Positions 46,710-56,624 of a DNA stretch of 64,000 bases are shown in pieces. Below the pieces are notes generated by a model. It made no database searches and was not told the origin of the DNA. It saw only the letters and a list, made by a program, of their open reading frames with translations. Numbering within the stretch: position 1 is the first letter of the stretch; every line of letters starts with the position of its first letter. Source of the stretch: an uncultured Eubacteriales bacterium. GTDB taxonomy: Bacteria > Bacillota > Clostridia > Oscillospirales > Oscillospiraceae. A program made the translations under genes and the position numbers. The DNA is taken from contig CASEOA010000021.1 in NCBI GenBank assembly GCA_949289455.1, forward strand, positions 5,282 to 69,281, read 5' to 3'.

Positions 46710-46991
46710 TTAGTCCAACTTGACCTCGTTGCCGCACTGGACGCAGCAGGTGCGGTCGCCCCTGGTCTCCAGGGTACGCTTGGTCAGGCTGAACAGGCTG
46801 GCCCCGCAGTGGGGACAGCGCAGCCGGCTCAGGCAGAGGATGGTGAGGAAGGCCACCGGGATCAGGCCCACCAGAAAAGCGGGGAAGAACCAGACGGGGG
46901 GCGTGGGGATAAAGAGAATGGCCAGGCCCGCCAGGGCCCAGATCCCCCACAGCACCGCGGGGATGATCAGCCATTTGCGATCGACTTTCAT
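46710..46991 (-). CDS. Small 2-TM protein with C-terminal zinc ribbon (CPHCG...CVQCG)
   Basis: GAGAGGA RBS, same architecture as the neighbouring gene. Confidence 0.75.
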   Translation of the reverse strand: MKVDRKWLIIPAVLWGIWALAGLAILFIPTPPVWFFPAFLVGLIPVAFLTILCLSRLRCPHCGASLFSLTKRTLETRGDRTCCVQCGNEVKLD

Positions 46992-47015
46992 GACAGCACG
47001 TCCTCTCACAAGAGA

Positions 47016-47909
47016 TTATCCCTTTGCCAGCTCCAGCAGCTTGCGCAGCCGGTGGTTGAAGGCGGATTTGGAGACCGGAGGGTCGCAGAGCTCGGCCAGC
47101 TGGGACAGGGTGAGCTCCGGGTGGGCCATCCGCAGGTCCACCGCCTCTTTCAGCTTGTCCGGCAGGCCCTCCAGCATCCCCCGTTCCTCCAGGGTGTAGA
47201 TGGCCTCCATCTGGCCCTGGGCGGCGTCCACCGCCTTGTCCAGGTTGGCGGCGTCGCAGTTGACCCGGCGGTTGATGCTTCCCCGCAGGTCCTTCTCCGC
47301 CTTGGCGTTCATGAGATCCATGGCGGACAGGGGGGCTCCCATGGCGGTGAGGACATCCTCAATGGCGTTGCTCTGTTTAAAGTAGGTGATGGCGTTGGCC
47401 TTGCGGCGGCTCTCCTTGGGGGAGAAGCCCATCTCCAGCAGCAGGGCGTGGAACTCCCGGCTCACCGACAGGTGGGAGGTGGAGAGCTCCAGGTGATAGC
47501 GCTTGGCCGGGTCGGTGACCGAGCCCCCCGCCAGGAAAGCCCCCCGGAGGAAGGCGGAGCGGCAGTGGCTCTCCTCCACCACGGCGAAGTTGATGTGGTG
47601 GGCCAGGGTTTCCGCCGGATCGTGGCCGTAGACCGCCCACAGGGCGGACAGCTTGTCCGGATCGGTGATGGAAAAGACGCGCTTGCCCGCCCCCGCAGCG
47701 GGCAGACGGTCAAAGCGCGTCTGGAAGGCCTTTTGAAACAGAGCGGGCAGGCGCTGGGCAAAGTCGGGGGATTCGGTGGTGATGCGCACCTGGGTTGGGG
47801 TGGACAGGGAACAGAACAGGAGCACCCCGTAGGCCTCCGCCTGGGCGCAGCACTTCCGGTTCAGGGGGGCCCGGCAGAGCTCCCCCTTGACCTGGGCGGA
47901 AAACGACAT
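47016..47909 (-). CDS. whiA: DNA-binding protein WhiA
   Basis: MSFS..VK.EL, FLRGAFLAGGS.TDP...YHLE, NRRVNCD.ANL.K, SKS..NHRLRKL. Confidence 0.96.
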   Translation of the reverse strand: MSFSAQVKGELCRAPLNRKCCAQAEAYGVLLFCSLSTPTQVRITTESPDFAQRLPALFQKAFQTRFDRLPAAGAGKRVFSITDPDKLSALWAVYGHDPAETLAHHINFAVVEESHCRSAFLRGAFLAGGSVTDPAKRYHLELSTSHLSVSREFHALLLEMGFSPKESRRKANAITYFKQSNAIEDVLTAMGAPLSAMDLMNAKAEKDLRGSINRRVNCDAANLDKAVDAAQGQMEAIYTLEERGMLEGLPDKLKEAVDLRMAHPELTLSQLAELCDPPVSKSAFNHRLRKLLELAKG

Positions 47910-47920
47910 GGGCGGCCTCC

Positions 47921-48937
47921 TTACAGTACCCGGGTGTTGGCCCGATCCTGATAGATCTCCATCACCGCGGCGGACAGCCGGGCAAAGGAGTGGCGGGCGT
48001 AGTTCAGGGTCTCGGAGGCCAGGGGGCGGGTGATCAGCTCCACCCCCAGGGCCTCGATGGCCTCTTTGTCCACCACGATGGGGACGGCGTCCTCCTCCCG
48101 GTACCGTTCCACCAGGCCGGGCCGTACCGGGGCGGAATTGCACAGGCAGATGTCGATGAGCCCCGGGCCCGAGTGGTCCAGCAGGGCCTTTACGTGGTCG
48201 GAGGCAGTCATGCCCTCGGTCTCGCCGTCCTGGGTCATGATATTGCAGATATAGATTTTCAGGCAATGGGAGGCGCACACCGCATCGGCGATGCCGTCCA
48301 CCAGCAGGTTGGGGATGACGCTGGTATACAGAGAGCCGGGACCCAGCAAAATCAGGTCGGCGCCCTGGATGGCCTGGATGGCCTCGGGCAAGGCGGCGGG
48401 GTGTTCGGGCAGCAGGTGGATAGACTGGATGCGGCAGTCCTGGGCTTTTTTGAAGTCGCAGATCTTGGACTCGCCCTGGATTTTGGTGCCGTTTTCAAAC
48501 GTAGCCTCCAGCACCACGTCAGCGTTGGTAACCGGCAGTACCCGGCCGGTGATGGCCAGTACCTGGCTCATTTTGGATACCGCCTGATCGAAGGAACCGG
48601 AGATGCCGTTGAGAGCGGCCAGGATCAGGTTGCCGAAGGACTGGCCGGTCAGATTACCGGAGCCCTCGGGAAAGCGGTAGGTGAGCAGCTGCTGCATCAC
48701 AGGCTCAGCGTTGGCCAGGGCCTCCATGCAGTGGCGGATGTCCCCCGGCGGGGGCATACCAAGATCCTGGCGCAGCATCCCGGAGCCGCCGCCGTCGTCG
48801 GCTACGGTGACGATGGCGGTGAGGTTTTTGGTGTGGCTTTTCAGTCCCCGCAGCATGGTGGACAGCCCGGTGCCTCCGCCGATGGCAACCACCTTGGGCC
48901 CGTTGGCCCAGCGGTGCTCATAATAGGATTGATACAT
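47921..48937 (-). CDS. yvcK: UDP-GlcNAc-binding gluconeogenesis factor YvcK/GlmR
   Basis: IGGGTGLS, VTVADDGG.SG, PPGDIR, GPGSLYTS..PNL. Confidence 0.95.
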   Translation of the reverse strand: MYQSYYEHRWANGPKVVAIGGGTGLSTMLRGLKSHTKNLTAIVTVADDGGGSGMLRQDLGMPPPGDIRHCMEALANAEPVMQQLLTYRFPEGSGNLTGQSFGNLILAALNGISGSFDQAVSKMSQVLAITGRVLPVTNADVVLEATFENGTKIQGESKICDFKKAQDCRIQSIHLLPEHPAALPEAIQAIQGADLILLGPGSLYTSVIPNLLVDGIADAVCASHCLKIYICNIMTQDGETEGMTASDHVKALLDHSGPGLIDICLCNSAPVRPGLVERYREEDAVPIVVDKEAIEALGVELITRPLASETLNYARHSFARLSAAVMEIYQDRANTRVL

Positions 48938-48950
48938 GGCGGCTCCTCCC

Positions 48951-49811
48951 TTATGACCGGGTCATGTCCCGGTGATTTTCGGCGGCCTGATAGCCCTTCT
49001 GCCGGATAAATTCCGCCAGGGCGTGGGTGATGGCCACTGACCGGTGGTGGCCGCCGGTGCAGCCCACGGCGATGACCAGGGCGGTCTTGCCCTCGGCCAC
49101 ATAGAGTGGGAGCAGGAAACCAATGAGATTTTCCAGATAATTCATAAAATCGGTGGTCTGGCGATAGCTGAATACAAAGTCGTACACCCCCGCATCCAGT
49201 CCGGTCTGGTGGCGGAGTTCAGAGATATAGTAGGGGTTGGGGAGAAAGCGCACATCGAATACCAGGTCGGCTTCGATGGGGATGCCGTGCTTGAAGCCGA
49301 AGGAGGTGACGTTGACGGTCATTTCCGGGGCGTCTCCGGCGTGGCCAAAGAGCCGCAGCACCTCTCCCCGCAGCTTGGCGGTGGACAAGGCGGTGGTGTC
49401 GATGATGTACTCCGCCCGCTGGCGGACAGGGGAGAGGACGGTGCGCTCCAGCTGGACGGCCTCGTTAAGGGAGTCTGCGGAGGCCGCCAGGGGATGGCTC
49501 CGGCGGGTCTCCTTGTACCGTTTGATGATGGACTCCACGCTGGCCTCCACAAAGAGGATCTTGTAGTCGCAGCCCATGGTGTGCAGCTCGTCCAGGGCGG
49601 AGAACAGGCCGTCGAAGGTCTGCCCGCCCCGGATGTCGGTAACCAGGGCCACCCGGTCATACCGGGCGGGAGCGGCCATGCACAGCTCGGCAAATTTGGG
49701 GATCAGCGGGGCGGGCATGTTGTCCACCACGTAAAAGCCGATGTCCTCCAGAAAGGAGGCCGCCTTACTTTTGCCCGCGCCGGACAGGCCGGAGATGATG
49801 ATAAAATCCAT
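48951..49811 (-). CDS. rapZ: RNase adapter RapZ/YvcJ
   Basis: GLSGAGKS, ETRRSHPL, SFGFKHG.P, DVRFLPNP, GCTGG.HRSV. Confidence 0.96.
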   Translation of the reverse strand: MDFIIISGLSGAGKSKAASFLEDIGFYVVDNMPAPLIPKFAELCMAAPARYDRVALVTDIRGGQTFDGLFSALDELHTMGCDYKILFVEASVESIIKRYKETRRSHPLAASADSLNEAVQLERTVLSPVRQRAEYIIDTTALSTAKLRGEVLRLFGHAGDAPEMTVNVTSFGFKHGIPIEADLVFDVRFLPNPYYISELRHQTGLDAGVYDFVFSYRQTTDFMNYLENLIGFLLPLYVAEGKTALVIAVGCTGGHHRSVAITHALAEFIRQKGYQAAENHRDMTRS

Positions 49812-49822
49812 GGCAGCTCACC

Positions 49823-50737
49823 TCAAAATCCCAAAAACTTCACTTCGGGCTCCAGGGCCACCCCGGTTTCCCGGAGAACGGTGTCCTGGATCAGGGCCAT
49901 GAGCCGGCGCACGTCGTCGGCGGTGGCGCCGCCCCGGTTGACCACAAAGCCGCTGTGCTTTTCCGATACCTGGGCCCCGCCGATGCCCACGCCCTTCAGA
50001 CCGCACTGCTCGATGAGGGCGGCGGCAAAATGGCCCTCCGGCCGCTTGAAGGTGCTGCCGGCGCTGGGCAGGTCCAAGGGCTGCTTGGTGCGGCGCTTCT
50101 GGGCCAGCTCATCCATTTTGATCTTGATAAGGGAGGGGACGCCCTGGGCCAGTTCAAACTCGGCCTCCAGAATGAGCCACTGGGGGTGGTCGGTAAAGAT
50201 GCTGTGCCGGTAGGTGAGGGCGCATTCCTCCACAGGCAGGGTGACCACCTCACTGGACTCATTGAGAAAGGTGACGGAGGTGAGCACCTGAACCAGCTCT
50301 CCGCCGTAGGCTCCGGCGTTCATAGTGACCCCGCCTCCCAGGGTGCCGGGAATACCGTGGGCGAACTCCAGACCGGTGAGTCCCATTCCCCAGGCCGCCA
50401 TGGCCAGTCGGGCCAGGGGAATGCCGCTCTCCGCCCGCAGGCGGCGGTTCACCACCCTGGTCTGATCCAGGCCGGTGGTCTTGACGATAAAGCCGTCGAA
50501 CCCCTGGTCGGACACCAGCAGGTCGCTGCCGTTGCCCAGGAAGAAGGGGGTGATGTCCAGGGCCCGGGCGGCCTGGACGGCGGCTATTGCTTCCTTCCGG
50601 CTTTTGGGCAGGGCCATGAGCCGGACGGGGCCGCCGATGCGGAAGGTGGTGTGCCCCTTCATGGGCTCCTGCTCCCGCAGCTCCAGGTTGGGGACGGTCT
50701 GCTTCAGTTGTTGGATCAGAGCGGTATAACGGTCCAT
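49823..50737 (-). CDS. murB: UDP-N-acetylmuramate dehydrogenase
   Basis: HTTFRIGG, GIPGTLGG...MNAGAYG, PSAGS.FKRP, SEKH; AAGGAGG before ATG 50737. Confidence 0.96.
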   Translation of the reverse strand: MDRYTALIQQLKQTVPNLELREQEPMKGHTTFRIGGPVRLMALPKSRKEAIAAVQAARALDITPFFLGNGSDLLVSDQGFDGFIVKTTGLDQTRVVNRRLRAESGIPLARLAMAAWGMGLTGLEFAHGIPGTLGGGVTMNAGAYGGELVQVLTSVTFLNESSEVVTLPVEECALTYRHSIFTDHPQWLILEAEFELAQGVPSLIKIKMDELAQKRRTKQPLDLPSAGSTFKRPEGHFAAALIEQCGLKGVGIGGAQVSEKHSGFVVNRGGATADDVRRLMALIQDTVLRETGVALEPEVKFLGF

Positions 50738-50777
50738 AAAAGCCTCCTTGGCTGGATGAAAAGTGGGTTGAACAGGA

Positions 50778-51536
50778 TTATCTGAGGCCGAAAGCCTCAA
50801 ATTCCGCCTGACTGCCCCGGAAAATGTTCAGGTCGATGAGGGGCTGGGCGCCGTGGTAGCCCTCCAGCCGGGCGGAGTGGGAATATTGCCAGAAATCCCA
50901 CCGGGGCACCAGTGGGAACACGGTGGGGCTGGAACACCAGATGGGGTAGGCGGCGTATTTGGCCTCGTTGAGGTAGGAGTAAAAGGAGCGGTAGGTCACG
51001 TAGAGAATGGGTTTCACTCCGTAGTTGGCCTCCAGGGCCTCCAGCAGGGGGTCCAGGATGGCCTGGACCCTGGCTTTGTCCGGTGGATTTTCCAGGTAGC
51101 CGCCGTAAAATTCGATGTCCACCACCGGCGGCAGGGCTCCGGCGGTCACCGGTACCACCGAGATGAAGTTTTCCGCCTGGGTTTCGCCGGGGCTGTCATA
51201 GCTGAGAAAGTGGTAGGCCCCCGGACGCACACCGGCGGCTTGGGCTCCGGCCCAGTTGTCGGCAAAGGCCTTATCCTGGAGGGCGGAGCCCTCCGTGGCC
51301 TTGATGAAGGCGAAGTCCACCCCCTGCCCGGCAAGCACCGGCCAGTCCACCGTGCCCTGGTAGGAGGACACGTCCACTCCGTAGACCTCCCACTGCTCCG
51401 GGGCGGTCTCGTGGGAAAAGAGAATCAGGCCGCGCCAGCGCAGCAGCCATACCGTCAGCAGGAGGAGGGCCGTTACCATCAGCAGAATCAGGGCCACCCA
51501 CCGCAGTATGCGCAGAAAGGCTCTCAAATGCATCAC
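50778..51536 (-). CDS. GH25 muramidase (lysozyme) with N-terminal anchor
   Basis: GVDVSSYQG, FIKATEG, GAYHF, PPVVDIE, WQYS, DLN. Confidence 0.92.
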   Translation of the reverse strand: MMHLRAFLRILRWVALILLMVTALLLLTVWLLRWRGLILFSHETAPEQWEVYGVDVSSYQGTVDWPVLAGQGVDFAFIKATEGSALQDKAFADNWAGAQAAGVRPGAYHFLSYDSPGETQAENFISVVPVTAGALPPVVDIEFYGGYLENPPDKARVQAILDPLLEALEANYGVKPILYVTYRSFYSYLNEAKYAAYPIWCSSPTVFPLVPRWDFWQYSHSARLEGYHGAQPLIDLNIFRGSQAEFEAFGLR

Positions 51537-51637
51537 CAGTTCATAGAAAAATTCATTCTATCTTATCATACCCGCAAGCGGGGGAAAAGGCAAGCAAAAA
51601 CAAACGGGATACCGCGGCGGCGGTATCCCGAAAACGG

Positions 51638-52933
51638 TCATTTTTTCTGGCCGGAGAGGATAAGCCCCAGGGCCGCGCCCACCAGGGCGGGGAGCACCCA
51701 GCCCAGGCCCATGGACGCCAGGGGGATGGCGTTCAGGAAGGAGAGGGGGAGCCCCGCATTCTTCAGGGCGTAGAGCAGGCTGGCCACGCCGGTGCACAGG
51801 ATGGTCACCGGATAGACCAGCCGCCGCCCCTCCAGCCAGGGCTGGAAGAGGGACAGGAGGATGAGCATAATGGCCATGGGGTAGAGCACCCCCAGCACCG
51901 GGGCGGACACCGAGATGATCTGGGCCAGGCCCGCGTTGGAGATCACCATGCTCACCAGGGCGAAGAGCACCGCCCAGCCTTTGTAGCTCAGTCTGGGGAA
52001 CAGGCTGTGGAAAAACTCCCCGCAGGAACTGATGAGTCCCACACATACATTGAAGCAGGCGATGAGGAAGATGCCCGCCAGCAGGGCGTTGCCCATGGGG
52101 CCGAAGAGCAGCCCCACAACATTGGTAAGGGCGGCGGCCCCGTCGGCTGGGTTGGGGACGGCGCCGCCGGACAGGGCTCCCACATGGGCCAGCATGGCGT
52201 ACACCGCCAGCAGCATGGCCCCGGCGATGAAGCCTGCCCGGACGGTGCCACGCACTACGGCGTGTTCCTCCTCCACCCCTCTGGCCCTGATATTTACGGC
52301 GATGACGATGCCAAAGGCCAGGGCGGCAATGGTGTCCATGGTCTGGTAGCCCTCCAAAAAGCCCTTCACCACCGGGTGGGTCAGGTAGTCTCCGGTGGCG
52401 GAGCCGTAGCCCTCCAGGGGGTTGACCAGGCAGCCCACAAAGGCCGCCACGATCAGGGCCACCAGGATGGGGCAGAGGATTTTACCCAGCCGGTCGGACA
52501 GCTTTTCCGGCCGGAGGGCCAGGGCCAGGGCGGCGGCGAAAAATGCCAGGGAGTAGACCAGCCGCAGCAGGGTCTGGGGGACAGCCGCTCCGTCGAGCAG
52601 GGGAAGGGCCATCTCAAAGGAGGTGGTGGCGGTGCGGGGAATGGCCAGACAGGGGCCGATGGCCAGGTAGGCCGCGATGGTGAAGGCACGGGAGAACAGG
52701 GGGTGAACCCGGCTGCACAGGGTGTCCAGACCGCCGGAACGGGCCACCGCCACCACCCCCAGCACTGGAAGGCCCACGGCGCTGACGGCCAGGCCCAGAA
52801 AGGCGGGCCAGGTGGCGGTTCCCGCCTGAGCGGCGATACCGGGAGGGAAGATCAGGTTGCCCGCCCCGAAGAACATGGAGAATAATGTGAGGCCCACCAG
52901 GAGCAGGCCCTTTCCTTTCAGCTGCATGTCCAT
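51638..52933 (-). CDS. brnQ: Branched-chain amino acid:cation symporter
   Basis: FSMFFGAGNLIFPP, IGP..AIPRTA, GYQTMD..AAL.FG. Confidence 0.94.
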   Translation of the reverse strand: MDMQLKGKGLLLVGLTLFSMFFGAGNLIFPPGIAAQAGTATWPAFLGLAVSAVGLPVLGVVAVARSGGLDTLCSRVHPLFSRAFTIAAYLAIGPCLAIPRTATTSFEMALPLLDGAAVPQTLLRLVYSLAFFAAALALALRPEKLSDRLGKILCPILVALIVAAFVGCLVNPLEGYGSATGDYLTHPVVKGFLEGYQTMDTIAALAFGIVIAVNIRARGVEEEHAVVRGTVRAGFIAGAMLLAVYAMLAHVGALSGGAVPNPADGAAALTNVVGLLFGPMGNALLAGIFLIACFNVCVGLISSCGEFFHSLFPRLSYKGWAVLFALVSMVISNAGLAQIISVSAPVLGVLYPMAIMLILLSLFQPWLEGRRLVYPVTILCTGVASLLYALKNAGLPLSFLNAIPLASMGLGWVLPALVGAALGLILSGQKK

Positions 52934-52968
52934 CGTTCCTTTCCTGCGGCAAAATGGCGTATATGTGG

Positions 52969-53006
52969 AAAAACAGCGGCATACCATAGGTATGCCGCTG
53001 TTTTTT
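52969..53006 (-). terminator. Ferredoxin terminator
   Basis: AAAAACAGCGGCATACC-ATA-GGTATGCCGCTGTTTTT. Confidence 0.8.
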
Positions 53007-53021
53007 GATTGGATGTACCAG

Positions 53022-53192
53022 TTAGCCCTGGGAAATAGCACCCGTGGGGCAGGTGTCGGCGCAAGAACCGCAATCAATGCAGGAACCGGCGTCGATCACA
53101 TAGTGGTCATCGCCCTGAGAGATAGCACCCACGGGGCAAGCGCCCTCGCAAGCGCCACAGCTCACGCAAGAATCGCTGATGACATAGGCCAT
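53022..53192 (-). CDS. Clostridial 2[4Fe-4S] ferredoxin
   Basis: MAYVISDSCVSCGACEGACPV...CIDCGSCADTCPT; two CxxCxxCxxxCP motifs; GGAGGT RBS. Confidence 0.97.
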   Translation of the reverse strand: MAYVISDSCVSCGACEGACPVGAISQGDDHYVIDAGSCIDCGSCADTCPTGAISQG

Positions 53193-53333
53193 CGGATCCA
53201 CCTCCAAACTCTAAAGCTAAGGCTATTGTATCATAACTTTTGAAAAATGCAATGCTAAAATTGCTGGACGATGGGTATATTTTTTCCTGGCGGGTAAAAC
53301 TAAGGCAGAGCCAGGCGGGAAGGGGGAGAAACT

Positions 53334-53513
53334 GTGAAACAAGCATCCGGCTTCCGCATGGAGGCGGCGGGCAGTCTGACGCCCGAACTGAACGGGGCGC
53401 CCCGCAGCGGGGCCCATACCCGCAGAACAAAGGAAAAGGGGCGTGAGAAACCCAATGAAGCCCGTAAAACGCAAGCGTCTGTTCCTCCCATGGAGGAGGG
53501 AACGGCGAGGTGA
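53334..53513 (+). CDS. Possible 59-aa hydrophilic ORF upstream of the clpC-like gene
   Basis: AAGGGGGAG RBS then GTG; the stop overlaps the clpC RBS (GAGGTGA). Confidence 0.35.
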   Translation: MKQASGFRMEAAGSLTPELNGAPRSGAHTRRTKEKGREKPNEARKTQASVPPMEEGTAR

Positions 53514-53517
53514 GACC

Positions 53518-55995
53518 ATGAGCGACACCCGATTCACCCAGCGGGCCCAGGCGGCCCTCCGGCTGGCCCAGGAGAGTGCGGCCGAGCTGGGCCACGGCTA
53601 TGTGGGCAGTGAGCATCTGCTGCTGGGCCTGGCCCGGGAGGGCCAGGGGGTGGCGGCCAAGGTGCTCCAGGCCGCCGGCCTGGAGCCTGAGGGCCTGAAA
53701 CAGGGGGTGGCCGACCTGGTGGGCCGGGGCGCCCCCGGCGGTCTGCCCTCCCAGGGCCTGACCCCCCGGTGCAAGAAGATCATCGAGCTGGCCCTGTCCG
53801 AGGCGGTGCGGCTGGATCATCACTATGTGGGCACCGAGCACCTGCTGCTGGGCATTCTTCGGGAGGGGGATGGAGTGGCGGTGCGGGTACTGTCCGCCGC
53901 CGGGGTGGAGGCCCGGCGGCTGCGGGCCGACGTTACCGCCGCCATGGGCGGGGAGCCCGCCCCGCCTCCCTTCCGGGGGAGCGGCAAGGCCCGCACCGAG
54001 CGGGACTACCCCGGAGAGTCCAAGCTGCTGGAGCAGTTCGGCCGGGACCTGACCCGGATGGCCGCCGGGGGCCTGTTGGACCCGGTGGTGGGCCGGGACC
54101 GGGAGATCCGCCGGGTGGTGCAGATCCTGTCCCGGCGGCAGAAAAACAACCCTGCCCTCATCGGGGAGCCGGGGGTGGGCAAGACCGCCGTGGCCGAGGG
54201 GCTGGCCCGGATGATGGCCGCCGGCCAGGTGCCCGATGAGCTGCGGCGGAAGCGGCTGTTTTCCCTGGATCTGTCCTCCATGGTGGCGGGCACCAAGTAC
54301 CGGGGGGACTTTGAGGAGCGGGTGAAAAACATCCTCTCCGAGGTGCGCCGGGTAGGGGATGTGATCCTCTTCATCGACGAGCTCCATACCATCGTGGGGG
54401 CGGGCTCCGCCGAGGGGGCCATTGACGCCGCCAACATCATCAAGCCCGCTCTGGGCCGGGGGGAGCTCCAGGTCATCGGAGCCACCACCACCGAGGAATA
54501 CCGCCGGTATATTGAAAAGGACGCCGCCCTGGAGCGGCGGTTCCAGCCGGTGCTGGTGGGGGAGCCCGACCGGCAGACGGCGGAGGCCATCCTGTTCAGC
54601 CTGCGGGACCGGTACGAGGCCCACCACCGGCTCACCATCACCGACGAAGCGGTGCGGGCGGCGGTGGCCCTGTCCAGCCGATATATCGGGGACCGCCGCC
54701 TGCCCGACAAGGCCATCGACCTGATGGACGAGGCGGCGGCCCGGGTGCGGCTGGACCGGCTCAGCGCGCCCCCCGACCTCCAGGCCCTGGAGGACAAGGT
54801 GGCTCAGGCCCGGGGGGAGAAGGAGGAGGCCATCCGCAGCCAGGACTTTGAAAAGGCCGCCATGCTGCGGGACGCGGAGGAGGACTTCCGCCGGGAGCTG
54901 GCCCAGCAGCAGGCCCTGTGGCGGGCGGGGCAGAACACCGGGGCGGTTACCGCCGAGGATGTGGCCTCGGTGGTGTCCGGCTGGACGGGAGTGCCGGTGA
55001 CCACCCTGACCCAGGCGGAGAGCGACCGCCTGCTCCGGCTGGAGGAGGAGCTCCACCGCCGGGTGGTGGGCCAGGAGGAGGCGGTGCGGGCGGTGGCCAA
55101 GGCGGTGCGCCGGGGCCGGGTGGGCCTGAAGGAGCAGGAGCGCCCCACGGGCTGCTTCCTCTTTTTGGGCCCCACCGGCGTGGGCAAGACCGAGCTGAGC
55201 CGGGCCCTGGCCCTCACCCTCTTCGGCAGCCAGGAGGCCCTGTTCCGCTTTGATATGTCGGAATATATGGAAAAACACACCGTCTCCCGGCTCATCGGCT
55301 CGCCCCCCGGCTATGTGGGCCATGAGGAGGGAGGACAGCTCACCGAGAAGGTGCGGCGGCGGCCCTACTGCGTGGTGCTCTTTGACGAGATCGAAAAGGC
55401 CCACCCCGACGTGTGGGGCATTTTGCTCCAGATCATGGAGGACGGGACGGTCACCGACGCCCAGGGCCGGAAAGCCGACTTCCGCAACGCGGTGGTGGTG
55501 CTTACCTCCAACGTGGGGGCCAGCCGCATTACCGCCAAAGGAGCACGGCTGGGCTTTTCCGCCGCCCATCACCGGGACGGAGAGACCCGGACGCCGGAGG
55601 AGCTGCGCTCCGCCGTGCTGGAGGACCTGAAAAAGGTATTCCGGCCGGAGTTTCTCAACCGGCTGGATGAGACCATCGTGTTTACCCAGCTGGGCCGTGC
55701 CGAGATCAAGGTTATCGCCAAGCGGATGCTGGCCCAGGTGGGGGAACGGATGCAAGCCCTGGGTGTGACCCTGACCTGGACCGACGGAGCCCTGGAGGCC
55801 CTGGCTGGGCTGGGCTTCGACCCAGACTACGGAGCCCGGCCCCTCCGCCGGGCCATTCGCGCCCAGGTAGAGGACCCGGCCGCCGAGCTGCTGCTCAGCG
55901 GTCAGGCGGCGGCGGGAGACACCCTGCGCATCGACGGCGGGCCGGAGGGCCTCACCGTCCAAAAGCAAGAAAGAGAAAAGGAGAACCAACTATGA
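53518..55995 (+). CDS. clpC: ClpC-like ATP-dependent Clp protease ATPase subunit
   Basis: Double Clp-N (EHLLLG twice), GEPGVGKT, UVR-like M domain, GPTGVGKT, GARPLRR, LGF loop. Confidence 0.88.
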   Translation: MSDTRFTQRAQAALRLAQESAAELGHGYVGSEHLLLGLAREGQGVAAKVLQAAGLEPEGLKQGVADLVGRGAPGGLPSQGLTPRCKKIIELALSEAVRLDHHYVGTEHLLLGILREGDGVAVRVLSAAGVEARRLRADVTAAMGGEPAPPPFRGSGKARTERDYPGESKLLEQFGRDLTRMAAGGLLDPVVGRDREIRRVVQILSRRQKNNPALIGEPGVGKTAVAEGLARMMAAGQVPDELRRKRLFSLDLSSMVAGTKYRGDFEERVKNILSEVRRVGDVILFIDELHTIVGAGSAEGAIDAANIIKPALGRGELQVIGATTTEEYRRYIEKDAALERRFQPVLVGEPDRQTAEAILFSLRDRYEAHHRLTITDEAVRAAVALSSRYIGDRRLPDKAIDLMDEAAARVRLDRLSAPPDLQALEDKVAQARGEKEEAIRSQDFEKAAMLRDAEEDFRRELAQQQALWRAGQNTGAVTAEDVASVVSGWTGVPVTTLTQAESDRLLRLEEELHRRVVGQEEAVRAVAKAVRRGRVGLKEQERPTGCFLFLGPTGVGKTELSRALALTLFGSQEALFRFDMSEYMEKHTVSRLIGSPPGYVGHEEGGQLTEKVRRRPYCVVLFDEIEKAHPDVWGILLQIMEDGTVTDAQGRKADFRNAVVVLTSNVGASRITAKGARLGFSAAHHRDGETRTPEELRSAVLEDLKKVFRPEFLNRLDETIVFTQLGRAEIKVIAKRMLAQVGERMQALGVTLTWTDGALEALAGLGFDPDYGARPLRRAIRAQVEDPAAELLLSGQAAAGDTLRIDGGPEGLTVQKQEREKENQL

Positions 55996-56507
55996 AAAAA
56001 GCCATCCTGTTCACCCTGACCCTGGCCCTGCTGCTGGGAGGGTGCGGCGACAAGAACAAGAACACCGTGGAGTCCATGACGCCAGAGGAGCGCACCCAGC
56101 GCTATGAAACCGCCATCCAGGCCGCCCGGGACGAGGACGCCAACAGCGCCTTCCCCATCATCACCTCGGTGGAGGACGACATGGGCCAGGCCGCCTTTGA
56201 CCTGCTGGGCCTGAAGGCGGAGGACGTGGAGGCCTGCGCCCTGTCGGTGTCCATGATGAACGTCAAGGCCTATGGCATCGCCGCCGTCTGCCCCAAGGCG
56301 GGCCGGGAGGAGGCGGTGCGCAGCGGCCTCAACGATTTTATCGCAACCCAGAAGGGTAATTTTCAGCACTATCTGGCCGACCAGTACGACATTGCCGACA
56401 AGGCCAGGCTGGGCACCCTCACCGACGGCACCATATTGCTGGTGATGTGCCAGGGGCAGGACCAGGTATACGAGAGCATCCGGAAATCCATTGAGGAGAC
56501 GACCTAA
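55992..56507 (+). CDS. DUF4358-like lipoprotein
   Basis: Lipobox LGGC; F..YL.DQY.I...A motif; ATGA overlap with clpC. Confidence 0.7.
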   Translation: MKKAILFTLTLALLLGGCGDKNKNTVESMTPEERTQRYETAIQAARDEDANSAFPIITSVEDDMGQAAFDLLGLKAEDVEACALSVSMMNVKAYGIAAVCPKAGREEAVRSGLNDFIATQKGNFQHYLADQYDIADKARLGTLTDGTILLVMCQGQDQVYESIRKSIEETT

Positions 56508-56624
56508 CAGCGGGGGCGCCAGCGGGAGAAACGCGGCGCCCCTTCCATTTTCCGGCTTGCGGGATGAAACGGAAGAGGGTATAATAATGAGGTCTTTCGA
56601 CAACGAAGAAGTGGAGGCCTGTTT

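Noticed and set aside
47910-48278. Extended whiA ORF overlapping yvcK
   Set aside because: The conserved MSFS start with AAGGAGG is at 47909
53107-55989. Very long antisense ORFs (960 aa opposite clpC; others opposite leuS, prfB, topB, the rib genes and the activase)
   Set aside because: Shadow frames caused by high GC3 codon bias; no RBS or recognisable motifs, and they mirror well-supported genes
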